Below are positions 18,110 to 27,327 of a DNA stretch of 64,000 nucleotides, in pieces (the first letter of the stretch is position 1; every line of letters starts with the position of its first letter). The notes under the pieces are model-generated. The model worked only from the letters and a program-made list of their open reading frames with translations. It did not search any database and was not told the origin of the DNA. The stretch is from contig CAYGEJ010000002.1 in the NCBI GenBank assembly GCA_964348935.1, forward strand, positions 3,540 through 67,539, written 5' to 3'. The DNA comes from an uncultured Candidatus Saccharibacteria bacterium (GTDB taxonomy: Bacteria > Patescibacteriota > Doudnabacteria > UBA920). Position numbers and translations under genes: made by a program.

Positions 18110-19255
18110 ATGATCGCAACACAAAAATTAAAAATAGGAATTGTCTGTTATCCCTCTGTTGGAGGTAGTGGAATAGTCGCAACAAATTTAGGTTTAGAAC
18201 TTGCCAAACTGGGACACGAAATTCACTTTATTAGTTACGAACCACCATTTCGTTTAATAAAAAAAACAGCTGGTGTATTTTTTCATAAAGTAAATATTAA
18301 TGAATACGAATTATTTAAATATCCAGATTACACTTTACCCCTAGCCGTGACGATTGAAGAAGTACAAAAAAAACACGTACTGGATATTCTGCACGTACAC
18401 TATGCAGTTCCTCATGCCACAGCAGCACTGCTTGCCAGACGAATTATGAGAAGCAACAATATTCCCTTACCTCGCCTGGTAACTACACTGCACGGGACAG
18501 ATATAACGTTACTTGCTCGAGATAAAAATTTGTACGAAGTTATCAAATATTCTATTGAACGCTCACACGGCGTTACTGCTGTCTCTCAAAGTCTGAAAGA
18601 TGAAACTATAAGCGTGCTAAAAACTAGCAAACACATAGAAGTCATTCATAATTTTTACACTCCCCCACCTGTAACAAAATCACGAGAAAAAATTCGTAAC
18701 ATCCTTGGAGTTAAAAATTCAGATTTTCTAGCCATTCATCTTTCAAATCTCAGACCGGTTAAAAGAATCCCCGACTTACTTAGAATTACCGGACTTGTAA
18801 AAAAGAATAGAAATTTTAAACTTTTAATCTTAGCTGGGGGCGACTTTACTCCATATAAAGGTTTAGCAAAAAAATTAAATATTAAAAAACAACTTATTAT
18901 TATCGGCAGGGTTAACGATATTGGCAACTATATCAACGCCAGTGATCTTGGTATTTACCCTTCCGAAACAGAAAGCTTTGGAATGGGAATTTTAGAAACC
19001 ATGAGTTACGGCAAACCAATTCTTGCTACCCGTGTGGGCGGAGTACCAGAAGTAGTCGATAATAGAAAAACTGGTTATCTATTTAAAGTAGGCGACACTA
19101 AAGGTTTTGCAAAACAACTTAACTTGATGATGCTTGATTTAGAAGCAACAAATAAAATGGGCGTGGAGGCCAAAAAAATTGCTAGTGAACGCTTCTGCTC
19201 CAGTGTTATTGTTCCAAAATATGTAGAATACTATAAGTCTATAATGAAAGAGTAA
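18110..19255 (+). CDS. GT4 glycosyltransferase of the BshA type (N-acetyl-alpha-D-glucosaminyl L-malate synthase-like)
   Basis: KIGIVCYPSVGGSGIVATNLGLELAKLGHEIHFIS, ILHVHYAVPHA and TTLHGTDIT, plus a C-terminal E...GxxxLE(A/T)M...PxxxTxxGG(V/I)PE(V) GT4 core. The N-terminus is close to what I recall of Bacillus BshA. Confidence 0.75.
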   Translation: MIATQKLKIGIVCYPSVGGSGIVATNLGLELAKLGHEIHFISYEPPFRLIKKTAGVFFHKVNINEYELFKYPDYTLPLAVTIEEVQKKHVLDILHVHYAVPHATAALLARRIMRSNNIPLPRLVTTLHGTDITLLARDKNLYEVIKYSIERSHGVTAVSQSLKDETISVLKTSKHIEVIHNFYTPPPVTKSREKIRNILGVKNSDFLAIHLSNLRPVKRIPDLLRITGLVKKNRNFKLLILAGGDFTPYKGLAKKLNIKKQLIIIGRVNDIGNYINASDLGIYPSETESFGMGILETMSYGKPILATRVGGVPEVVDNRKTGYLFKVGDTKGFAKQLNLMMLDLEATNKMGVEAKKIASERFCSSVIVPKYVEYYKSIMKE

Positions 19256-19284
19256 GATACTAGATAAATATAATTCCAATATTT

Positions 19285-19320
19285 AAAACCCCTAAAATCC
19301 TTATATATCAGGGGTTTTAA
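19285..19320 (+). terminator. Rho-independent terminator after the bshA-like gene
   Basis: aaaacccct...aggggtttt. Confidence 0.55.
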
Positions 19321-19394
19321 ATTACCTTAATTTACTATTTACAAAAACCTTATTTTGTGTTATAATATATAGCTGCCCAAAGGAGAGGGCACGT

Positions 19395-19436
19395 ATGGAA
19401 GACTTAGAAAAGTTTTTCCGAAAGGAGGAAAAATGA
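19395..19436 (+). CDS. 13-codon upstream ORF (MEDLEKFFRKEEK). Its stop overlaps the next start as ATGA.
   Basis: RBS AAAGGAGAGGG before the ATG; its stop TGA overlaps the ATG of the downstream 57-aa ORF; inside a GC-rich island. Confidence 0.3.
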   Translation: MEDLEKFFRKEEK

Positions 19437-19606
19437 AACTTTGGTGGCATCCGCCCCTGGATACCTTTACCGACTTCGTGCATGAAGTGTTGCACGGAGC
19501 ATGCGACGGATATCTTTGGGCAAAAGAAAACCCCAGAAAATTCTGGGGGATTCTAATCGCCGGCGCCATAATTGGCATTGCCGGCGTGAAGTGGAACACG
19601 CCTTAA
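19433..19606 (+). CDS. Small GC-rich gene encoding a 57-aa protein with a C-terminal TM helix
   Basis: RBS AAAGGAGGAA before the ATG. Sequence MKLWWHPPLDTFTDFVHEVLHGACDGYLWAKENPRKFWGILIAGAIIGIAGVKWNTP. Codons are GC-rich, unlike the flanks. A terminator follows. Confidence 0.4.
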   Translation: MKLWWHPPLDTFTDFVHEVLHGACDGYLWAKENPRKFWGILIAGAIIGIAGVKWNTP

Positions 19607-19641
19607 GGAGGGGCGAATATTTGACCACCGCTACAACTCGC

Positions 19642-19681
19642 GCGCCGTGAAGTACCACCTGGTACCACGGCGCTATTTTTT
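19642..19681 (+). terminator. GC-rich rho-independent terminator
   Basis: gcgccgtg ... cacggcgc followed by tatttttt. Confidence 0.55.
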
Positions 19682-19696
19682 ACCCGGCACTTATTT

Positions 19697-20317
19697 TTAT
19701 TTTTTTCTAAACTCTGTAATCTCCCCTACTTTTATTTCTATATTATCTGCACGACGGAGATTTTTTATTTGTACTTTATTTAAAATTTTAAAATGCTTAA
19801 CTTTATCTAACGCACGAGGTATTTCAAAAAGATTTTTATCAGAAGTTTTCCAATCAGAAATATTCAACACATTTAAATCAAATAGCTCGCTATATTCCCT
19901 TAATGTTTTTTTGCCATTGCTTAAAAAATACTCGTGGAAATAGGAAAGAGCTAACTCCCGAATTGTTTTATAAATTGGCTCTCTAAAACGAAGTACGGCG
20001 TGATTCGTTTTACTCACGGCACCATAAAACCCAAATTTTTTATAAATACAAACCACGTGATCAAAATCACCACTGATTGCGCGCAAATCCAATAACCAAG
20101 CTTTATTTTTATGGAATTCCAAAACAGAAGCCGCGAACATAGCGCCTTCCATACAATGGGCAGTTTGATTTTTAATCACCAACCGAGGTGAATAGCATGT
20201 CTCTCCCTGTTTTTCAAAATTAAATTTTAAACTGTTTAAATAATCTTGAACTTTACTCGGTGAATTCAGCTTATTAAATAATTTTATCTCGACTGGGCTA
20301 TATTCGTTGTTCCTCAT
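19697..20317 (-). CDS. Hypothetical protein with a Cys...His arrangement (NAT/transglutaminase/papain-like?). It is the last gene of the zwf operon.
   Basis: TAHCMEGAMFAASVLEF and, about 33 aa later, DFDHVVCIY. Family not resolved. Confidence 0.35.
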   Translation of the reverse strand: MRNNEYSPVEIKLFNKLNSPSKVQDYLNSLKFNFEKQGETCYSPRLVIKNQTAHCMEGAMFAASVLEFHKNKAWLLDLRAISGDFDHVVCIYKKFGFYGAVSKTNHAVLRFREPIYKTIRELALSYFHEYFLSNGKKTLREYSELFDLNVLNISDWKTSDKNLFEIPRALDKVKHFKILNKVQIKNLRRADNIEIKVGEITEFRKK

Positions 20318-21219
20318 TTTTTATTTATAGAATGACCGCCAAACTGCTTACGAAGCAAAGCAACAATTTTATTGGAAAATTTATTTTGATTCTTAGGATC
20401 TTTTGACTCTTTTCGTACGTTGACCGAATCTTCTAAAACTCTAACTTCCACTCCGAGATCCTTGCCAGCTTCCACCGTCCACTCACCCTCTCCAAGCATA
20501 TTAATAATTCCAGAAGTTTCCTCAATATTTTCTTTTTCAAAAATATCTCTTACTAAATCAATTAGCCAACTACGAATCACTGTTCCTTGTTGATAAATCT
20601 TTGTCACCTGTAGTAGATCTAAGTCTAAAGGACTGGCTTTCATAATACCATAACCTTCTCCTATGGCTTCCATCATCCCATATTCAATCCCGTTATGAAC
20701 CATTTTTACAAAATGCCCAGCGCCGTTTTTTCCTACCAACCCATAATTTTCTCCGCTGGATAAGGACTTAAAAATTGGCTCCACTACAGACCACTGCGCA
20801 GACGGACCGCCTACCATCAGAGCAAAACCATTTTTCTCTCCCCAGACCCCACCACTAGTACCACAGTCAAAATAATGTACACCCTGTTCTTTTAACATTT
20901 CCGCTCTTCTTATAGACTCCTTATAAAAACTATTTCCCCCATCTATAACTATATCCCCAGAACGCAAATATTGCCTGAGTTGATTTTGCAAAAAGTCCTC
21001 TAGTGTTTCTTGTAAGAGCATTATCCAAAATACCCTAGGAGATTCATCCATAACTTTAACCACCTCCTCAACCAAAGCAAAAGTTTTGACCCCTGATTTA
21101 GCAACTTCAACTCGTGGCGCTTCTGAACGATTCCAAGCTAAAACATTAAAATTATTTTTATGTAACCTTCTCGCAATCTGCGCACCCATTTTTCCTAAAC
21201 CAAAAACTGCTACTTGCAT
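20314..21219 (-). CDS. 6-phosphogluconate dehydrogenase (decarboxylating), short Gnd/YqeC-like form
   Basis: NAD(P)-binding VAVFGLGKMGAQIARRL and the GGNSFY...DCGTSGGVWG region typical of 6PGDH-like enzymes. Confidence 0.75.
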   Translation of the reverse strand: MQVAVFGLGKMGAQIARRLHKNNFNVLAWNRSEAPRVEVAKSGVKTFALVEEVVKVMDESPRVFWIMLLQETLEDFLQNQLRQYLRSGDIVIDGGNSFYKESIRRAEMLKEQGVHYFDCGTSGGVWGEKNGFALMVGGPSAQWSVVEPIFKSLSSGENYGLVGKNGAGHFVKMVHNGIEYGMMEAIGEGYGIMKASPLDLDLLQVTKIYQQGTVIRSWLIDLVRDIFEKENIEETSGIINMLGEGEWTVEAGKDLGVEVRVLEDSVNVRKESKDPKNQNKFSNKIVALLRKQFGGHSINKK

Positions 21220-21292
21220 AAATAATCCAATTTAATACTTAAACCACATTGTTTAATTAAACCGTATCCAATATTTTACTTTCTTCAAACCT

Positions 21293-22777
21293 CTAACGTG
21301 TCCACCACTCTGTTGCATCCTTTTGTATAAAATCTTCTGCTTCCTTCGGGCCATTGGTTCCAGGCTTATACTTATAGACCGGCATTTTTTTAAATTCCGG
21401 ATTTTCTATTATTGAATCTACAAATTTCCAAGCTGCCTCTATTTCGTCAGACCTAATAAACAATCTTTGGTCGCCCTGTAAAAAGTCCAACAGCAATCTC
21501 TCATACGCACCCGGTAACTCTCCTTTAAAAGTCATTTTATAGTTAAAGTCCAAATCTGCCTGGTGGAGCTTTACACCAAATCCAGGTATTTTGCTGTTTA
21601 TTTGCAGGTGGACACTTTCATTGGGCTGAATTTGAAAAGTTAAAATATTCCCTCCACACCCGTCAAATAAACACCTAACAGGTTCACGAAAATGAATAGA
21701 AATTTGTGTTAATTTTTTAGATAGCTGTTTTCCGGTTTTTAAATAAAATGGTACTCCTGTCCAACGAGGTAAATTTAAATAAGTTTTTAAAGCAAAAAAA
21801 GTTTCAGTATTACTATCAACCCCTGCCTCCTTTTTATATCCTTCGTATTGACCTTTAACTAATCTAGTTAAAAGCTTATCGTTGCTCAGTGGCTCTAAGG
21901 CTTTTAATATTTTTAGTTTTTCATTTCTAATAAATTCTGCGGTTAAATTATATGGTTCCTCCATAGCAATTAACGCGAGCATCTGTAAAATATGATTTTG
22001 TAAAAAATCTTTAATAGCTCCAGTATCGTCATAATAATCTGTCCGATCCTTTACGCCATCTTTTTCCAAAACACTAATTTCCACATGATCAATAAACCTA
22101 TTATTCCATAAAGGCTCAAACAAACTATTAGCGAATCTAACAACCATTAAGTTCTGCACGGTTTCCTTGCCGGCATAATGATCTATTCGATATATCTGTT
22201 CCTCTTCAAAATGCTTAAGTAGTAAATGATTTAAACTTTGGGAAGATTTCAAGTTAAAACCAAAAGGTTTTTCTACTAAAACTCGAACTTTTCTTAAATG
22301 TGCGGAACAAGAGGTAAGTAATCCAGCGGTTTTCAAGATTTCCGTTATAGAAGCAAATTGCTGAGGCTTTGTCGCAAAGTAAAATAGTCTGTTATAACAC
22401 TTGTGCTTAATGCTTTTCGGGGCGTCCTGATCAGCTAAAACCTTATTTAGTGAAATAAAACTTTCCGGATTTTCAAAATCTCCTTGATGATAAATGAGAT
22501 GTTTTAAAAATTTTACCTTAACTTTTGGATTAACTTTTTTTAATACACTGGATTTTTTGAGTACGAAATTAAAATACTGAAGCGCATTAAAAGGTCTTCT
22601 GCCCACACACACCAATTTGAAATCTTTAGGCAATAATCCATGTTCGCACATACGCAAAAGCGCTGGAACTAAATAGTCAGCCGACAAATCGCCTGTGGCG
22701 CCAAAAATAGTGAGTATGGTTGGAGGTAATTTATTAATGTCTTTGGATTGAATATTTGATTTAGAAACCTTATTCAT
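21293..22777 (-). CDS. zwf: Glucose-6-phosphate 1-dehydrogenase
   Basis: IFGATGDLSADYL NADP-binding motif and RIDHYAGKE active-site motif. Confidence 0.9.
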   Translation of the reverse strand: MNKVSKSNIQSKDINKLPPTILTIFGATGDLSADYLVPALLRMCEHGLLPKDFKLVCVGRRPFNALQYFNFVLKKSSVLKKVNPKVKVKFLKHLIYHQGDFENPESFISLNKVLADQDAPKSIKHKCYNRLFYFATKPQQFASITEILKTAGLLTSCSAHLRKVRVLVEKPFGFNLKSSQSLNHLLLKHFEEEQIYRIDHYAGKETVQNLMVVRFANSLFEPLWNNRFIDHVEISVLEKDGVKDRTDYYDDTGAIKDFLQNHILQMLALIAMEEPYNLTAEFIRNEKLKILKALEPLSNDKLLTRLVKGQYEGYKKEAGVDSNTETFFALKTYLNLPRWTGVPFYLKTGKQLSKKLTQISIHFREPVRCLFDGCGGNILTFQIQPNESVHLQINSKIPGFGVKLHQADLDFNYKMTFKGELPGAYERLLLDFLQGDQRLFIRSDEIEAAWKFVDSIIENPEFKKMPVYKYKPGTNGPKEAEDFIQKDATEWWTR

Positions 22778-22840
22778 TGAATAATTAAGTAAAAATAATT
22801 AATCTATTTCAAAACTGTATATTTAAACTGGTAACTCATT

Positions 22841-23848
22841 TTAAAAATTTGAATCTTTCATATATATGTTAAGTAAAGTAACAAATACTGCCATAACAAT
22901 CGGCCCAAGCAAGAAACCAAGAATTCCAAAAAATTGAATACCGCCAAGAACCGCGAATAATACTAAAAGTGGATGTAAATTTGCCTGCTTCCCTACTAAT
23001 CTTGGACCTATGACATTATCTATTAATCCCACAGCTAGTACACCCCAAATTGTTAAACCAATTGCCTGGCTTGTATGCCCAGTAAGGAACAAATAAAGTA
23101 TAGCGGGAATTAATGACAAAGAGGTACCAAAAGTTGGAACCAAAGCTGCTAAAACTGTGAAAGCTCCCCACAAGTACGGTTGTGGCACACCAAAAAATAA
23201 AAAACCAACAGTTGCCACACAACCTTGTATTAAAGCAACTAAAAACGAACCCTTAACTACTCCTGAGATGGAAATTACCAATTCATCTACTAATTTAGTT
23301 TCATGCGCCTGAGAAAGTGGAAATATTCCTGATACAAATTTCTTAATCTTATCACCATCTTTTAAAAAATAATATAAAGTAAAGAACACCAAGAAAATTC
23401 CCAAGAAAAAATTAGCCACATTTGAAACAATCCCAGCAATCCCGGCAACTGTAGAACCTGCCAACTGTGCCAATCTTCCTGAAATATCCGTAAGGAAATT
23501 CTGTCCAATTCCCTGCAAAGCTATAGGCAAATTTCTGACAATAGTCTCTTTCTCAATTGAAAATGACCCATTGGTTAAAAGACTGATAATTTCAGCATAT
23601 AACGCATAACCAATTAACAACAAAGGTACCAAAACTATGACTAAAACCAACACAACCGTCAAAAATGCAGCCAGGCCATCTGACTTCATGCTTTTTTGAA
23701 AATGCAAATACCAAGGGTTAAATAATACAGCTAAAATTCCTGCCAATGCCAAAAGTTGCAGGAACGGCCAAAACAAAAATACCGCTAAAAAAGCGGCTCC
23801 GCCTAAAAGCACAAAAAAACCTATAGTTTGAAGTCTTTCGTTGAACAT
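22841..23848 (-). CDS. AI-2E (UPF0118/PerM) family transporter
   Basis: Eight-TM topology and a C-terminal GLLGL-type motif GFLLGPIVMAV. Confidence 0.7.
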   Translation of the reverse strand: MFNERLQTIGFFVLLGGAAFLAVFLFWPFLQLLALAGILAVLFNPWYLHFQKSMKSDGLAAFLTVVLVLVIVLVPLLLIGYALYAEIISLLTNGSFSIEKETIVRNLPIALQGIGQNFLTDISGRLAQLAGSTVAGIAGIVSNVANFFLGIFLVFFTLYYFLKDGDKIKKFVSGIFPLSQAHETKLVDELVISISGVVKGSFLVALIQGCVATVGFLFFGVPQPYLWGAFTVLAALVPTFGTSLSLIPAILYLFLTGHTSQAIGLTIWGVLAVGLIDNVIGPRLVGKQANLHPLLVLFAVLGGIQFFGILGFLLGPIVMAVFVTLLNIYMKDSNF

Positions 23849-23898
23849 AAAATATTTAATTTTATCTTTTAACTTTCATGAATATTATAGCAGAGATA

Positions 23899-23928
23899 TT
23901 GACAAAATACCAACATTTATGATATATT
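23899..23928 (+). promoter_or_regulatory. Candidate sigma70 promoter for typA
   Basis: TTGACA, a 17-nt spacer, then ATATAT/TATATT. Confidence 0.4.
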
Positions 23929-24054
23929 TGACCTAACTGCCCTAGAGGTTTATGGGCAATTTTTATTTGCATAATCAGATTAAAGATTTAGGATTAATGT
24001 TGTAAGTATTACAGCTATCCACTTTAATCTAAAACCCTTAATCATAAATCTACT

Positions 24055-25920
24055 ATGAAAAGAGACAACATAAGAAATATTGCTATTATTGCCCACGTTG
24101 ACCATGGAAAAACAACCTTGGTAGACGCTATGCTAAAACAGACTCAAACAGTAAAAGACAATGAAGATACCAAAGACCTGATTATGGACAGTATGGATTT
24201 GGAACGCGAACGTGGTATTACCATTCGTGCTAAAAATGCTAGCTTAGTTTACAATGGAACCAAAATTAACATTGTAGACACCCCAGGACACGCTGACTTT
24301 GGTGGTGAAGTTGAACGCACACTTAGAATGGCTGATGGTGTATTATTGCTCGTAGACGCTCAAGAAGGCCCTATGCCTCAAACCAAGTTCGTACTTAAAA
24401 AAGCTTTGGAACTTGGACTTAAGGCCATTGTGGTAATTAATAAAGTAGACAAAGAAGGCTCTGACCCAGAAGGTACTATTAACAAAACTTTTGACTTATT
24501 TGTAAAATTGAATGCAAATGACGTCCAGTTAGATTTCCCAATTATTTACGCCTCTGGTTACAAAGGACTTGCGGATTTAGACTTGGATGCTTTAAAAAAG
24601 AAAATTACTAGCGGTGCCAACCCGGACGTCTCCCCTCTTTTTGATGCAGTTTTAAAAAATATACCGGCACCAGATGTTAAACCAGAAGACCCATTTGCCA
24701 TGCTGGTTCTAGCTTTGGTTTACGACAACTACAAAGGCAAAATGGGTATTGGAAAAATTGTTTCCGGATCTATAAAAAAAGGTACAAATATTGTTCGTAT
24801 TAAACCTGATGGTAGTAAAACAACTGGAAAAATTTCATCTCTACAAATGTATTTAGGTTTAAAACCTGCAGACGTAGAAGAAGCCCAAGCTGGCGACATT
24901 GTGGCTATTGGCGGTTTTGATGACGTTAGTATTGGTGAAACCTTAACTGACCCTGCAAACCCAATTCATTTAGAACCAGTTGAAATTGAACCGCCAACAA
25001 TTAAAATGACTTTTGGTGTAAACACCAGCCCTTTTGCAGGACGCGAAGGTAAGCTTGTAACTTCCAGAAACATTCGTGACCGCTTAGTTAAAGAATTAGA
25101 AATAAACGTTGCTTTAAAAGTTACCACCCTCGAAGGCATCCCCCTCGATGCGGATTCTGGTGGCGGTGGAGAAAGTTTCTTAGTTTCAGGACGCGGTGAA
25201 CTTCACTTAGGCGTACTTATTGAAACAATGCGCCGTGAAGGGTTTGAACTTCAAGTTTCGCAACCTCAGGTTATTTTTCATGAAGAAAATGGCGTAAAAA
25301 TGGAACCTTACGAGAGTGTAACCATAGACGTTCCTAGTGAATACCAAGGTGTGGTTATTGAAAACTTAGGCAGACGCGGTGGTGAAATGCTAACATTAGA
25401 TACTACTCCTTCTGGTGAAATCCATGCAGAATATTTAATTCCAACCCGTGGACTTATTGGTCTTAAAAACGCCCTTTTAACTCAAACTCGCGGCACAGTT
25501 ATTATTAACAACCTTTTTGACAGCTACAAACCAGCGCACGATGTAGATGAGCACGCAAACGATCATGGTTCTCTAATAAGTAGCGAAACCGGTATTTCTA
25601 ACTCTTATGGATTAAACAATGCTCAAGAACGTGGTGTTATGTTTATTGGTCCTGCTGTAGAAGTTTATACTGGTATGGTAGTTGGAAAAAATGCTTTGAA
25701 TGACGACATAGAACTTAACGTCTGTAAGACAAAGAAACTTACCAACATCCGTTCCTCTGGAACCGACGAGGCAATAATTTTAACCCCTCCAAAATTAGTT
25801 GAATTAGACTTTGCCCTTGAATATATTGGTAACGATGAACTTGTAGAAGTAACTCCAAAGAGTATTCGCATTCGCAAAAAAATTCTAGACGCCAACGCTC
25901 GCAAGAGAGCTTCAAGATAA
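24055..25920 (+). CDS. typA: Translational GTPase TypA/BipA
   Basis: G-domain [23 protein letters not shown] and NKVD motifs, with the EF-G-like domain series. Confidence 0.95.
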   Translation: MKRDNIRNIAIIAHVDHGKTTLVDAMLKQTQTVKDNEDTKDLIMDSMDLERERGITIRAKNASLVYNGTKINIVDTPGHADFGGEVERTLRMADGVLLLVDAQEGPMPQTKFVLKKALELGLKAIVVINKVDKEGSDPEGTINKTFDLFVKLNANDVQLDFPIIYASGYKGLADLDLDALKKKITSGANPDVSPLFDAVLKNIPAPDVKPEDPFAMLVLALVYDNYKGKMGIGKIVSGSIKKGTNIVRIKPDGSKTTGKISSLQMYLGLKPADVEEAQAGDIVAIGGFDDVSIGETLTDPANPIHLEPVEIEPPTIKMTFGVNTSPFAGREGKLVTSRNIRDRLVKELEINVALKVTTLEGIPLDADSGGGGESFLVSGRGELHLGVLIETMRREGFELQVSQPQVIFHEENGVKMEPYESVTIDVPSEYQGVVIENLGRRGGEMLTLDTTPSGEIHAEYLIPTRGLIGLKNALLTQTRGTVIINNLFDSYKPAHDVDEHANDHGSLISSETGISNSYGLNNAQERGVMFIGPAVEVYTGMVVGKNALNDDIELNVCKTKKLTNIRSSGTDEAIILTPPKLVELDFALEYIGNDELVEVTPKSIRIRKKILDANARKRASR

Positions 25921-25926
25921 AATAAT

Positions 25927-25959
25927 AAAAATCCCTCTACAGTTGTAGAGGGATTTTTA
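25927..25959. terminator. Bidirectional terminator
   Basis: aaaatccctctac-agtt-gtagagggatttt. Confidence 0.6.
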
Positions 25960-25964
25960 TTATT

Positions 25965-26429
25965 TTATTGAACTATTAATTTACCTTTCATACCCATCTG
26001 TCTGTGTTTACCAACACTACAGTAATACTCATAGGTTCCGGTCTTGTCCGCAATAAATTCTATAGTTTCAGTCGCGCCATCAGAAATCTGCTTGGTTCTA
26101 GCGTTAAACTCATCTATAACCCAATCGTGAAATCCTCCGGTATTTTCAAAAATAATCCTAACTTTATCCCCTTTATTAACTTTTATTTCAGACGGAATAA
26201 ATGCAAAATTATTTCCCTTAACCGTTATTGTCTTTACTCCCACTTCACTGCTGACTGGGGCTGGTGTAGTAGCTGTAGTAGTTGGATTTATATTACCTGT
26301 CTCTTGGATTTGTTTGGTTGTAGAATCCACCCTTTCAGTGAATATATCTGTCTTAGTGGAGTTACAACCTGCAGCTAACAACACAATAAAACTCGACATT
26401 GCAACTTTAGCGAAACTGGATATTTGCAT
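25965..26429 (-). CDS. Cupredoxin (plastocyanin/azurin-like type-1 copper) lipoprotein
   Basis: Lipobox LLAAGC. The copper ligands are H in GGFHDW, then C, H and M in YYCSVGKHRQMGM. Confidence 0.7.
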   Translation of the reverse strand: MQISSFAKVAMSSFIVLLAAGCNSTKTDIFTERVDSTTKQIQETGNINPTTTATTPAPVSSEVGVKTITVKGNNFAFIPSEIKVNKGDKVRIIFENTGGFHDWVIDEFNARTKQISDGATETIEFIADKTGTYEYYCSVGKHRQMGMKGKLIVQ

Positions 26430-26490
26430 ATTTTTCTATAATAAATTATGAATACATTATTATATCATAATTTATTTAGGACTAGAAAAC

Positions 26491-26523
26491 AAAACCCTCT
26501 CTTAAAATTTAAGAGAGGGTTTA
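26491..26523 (-). terminator. Terminator downstream of 26537..27208
   Basis: aaaaccctctctt-aaaattt-aagagagggttt. Confidence 0.5.
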
Positions 26524-26536
26524 ATAAATTAAGTAG

Positions 26537-27208
26537 TTACTTAGTTTTACAGGTTGCCAATCCTGCACTCCTGGTATCTAATGCCGTTTTATTTGCTGCT
26601 TTACGTGCATCAGATGCAGATTTTAATGAAGCCTTACGGATATCTCTTGCTGAATTGGTTGCATTCTTGTAAGTTTCGCGAGCGGTTTTTAAAGATGCCT
26701 GATATATCGTATTAGATGACTTACGAGCTTCAGTTCTAGCTTTTTGAGCAACTTTGATAGAATCCCTATAAGTTTGATGAATTTGCTTTATTGTTTCTGG
26801 ACTGGTGGTTCCTGCAGAAGCCAAAGCACTGGCTCTACTGGATGTAGCGTTCCCCACTGCCACCTTATAAGCTGTATTTGCGGACTCAATTGAAGCTTTC
26901 TGAACTTCTTTTGCTGTTTTAATAGCTAGTCTATAGGCAGTTAATGCGTCTTTGGTAGAAGTTGCATAAACCTGATTTGCTAACTTAACCGCGCTATAAT
27001 AAGTAGTATTATTTGTCTTTACAACAGTTCTATAGGTGTCCCTAACTGCTTGATTAGCAACCAAACAGGCACGGTACTCAGCCGTAGTTGTGGCATTTTT
27101 GGTAGATGAAACCTTACTTTCAGTTTCGGCCAAAACTGAAACAGTTGGCAAAACCAGCCCAGCAGAAACAACGATTGCGGATACGATCTTAAAAATCTTA
27201 TTTTGCAT
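26537..27208 (-). CDS. Secreted Ala/Thr/Lys-rich protein with tandem amphipathic helical repeats
   Basis: Signal peptide followed by repeated A.YR/A.YK..A.K.A units with roughly 11/22-residue periodicity. Confidence 0.5.
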   Translation of the reverse strand: MQNKIFKIVSAIVVSAGLVLPTVSVLAETESKVSSTKNATTTAEYRACLVANQAVRDTYRTVVKTNNTTYYSAVKLANQVYATSTKDALTAYRLAIKTAKEVQKASIESANTAYKVAVGNATSSRASALASAGTTSPETIKQIHQTYRDSIKVAQKARTEARKSSNTIYQASLKTARETYKNATNSARDIRKASLKSASDARKAANKTALDTRSAGLATCKTK

Positions 27209-27327
27209 AATTTGTTTTTATCTCCTTTCCCTTTATGGGAAATTAATTACTTATTTATTATACCATATAATAAATATACTATATGGTCAGTAATAACTTA
27301 ATCGTTATAGCAATACTTTTGTTTCTA

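Noticed and set aside
19360-19658. Two minus-strand ORFs (19360..19599 and 19467..19658)
   Set aside because: They are antisense to the GC-rich small gene. Stop codons are rare in GC-rich DNA, so spurious ORFs arise. They have no RBS, whereas the plus-strand ORFs have strong SD sequences.
26004-26378. 124-aa plus ORF
   Set aside because: It is antisense within the cupredoxin gene.
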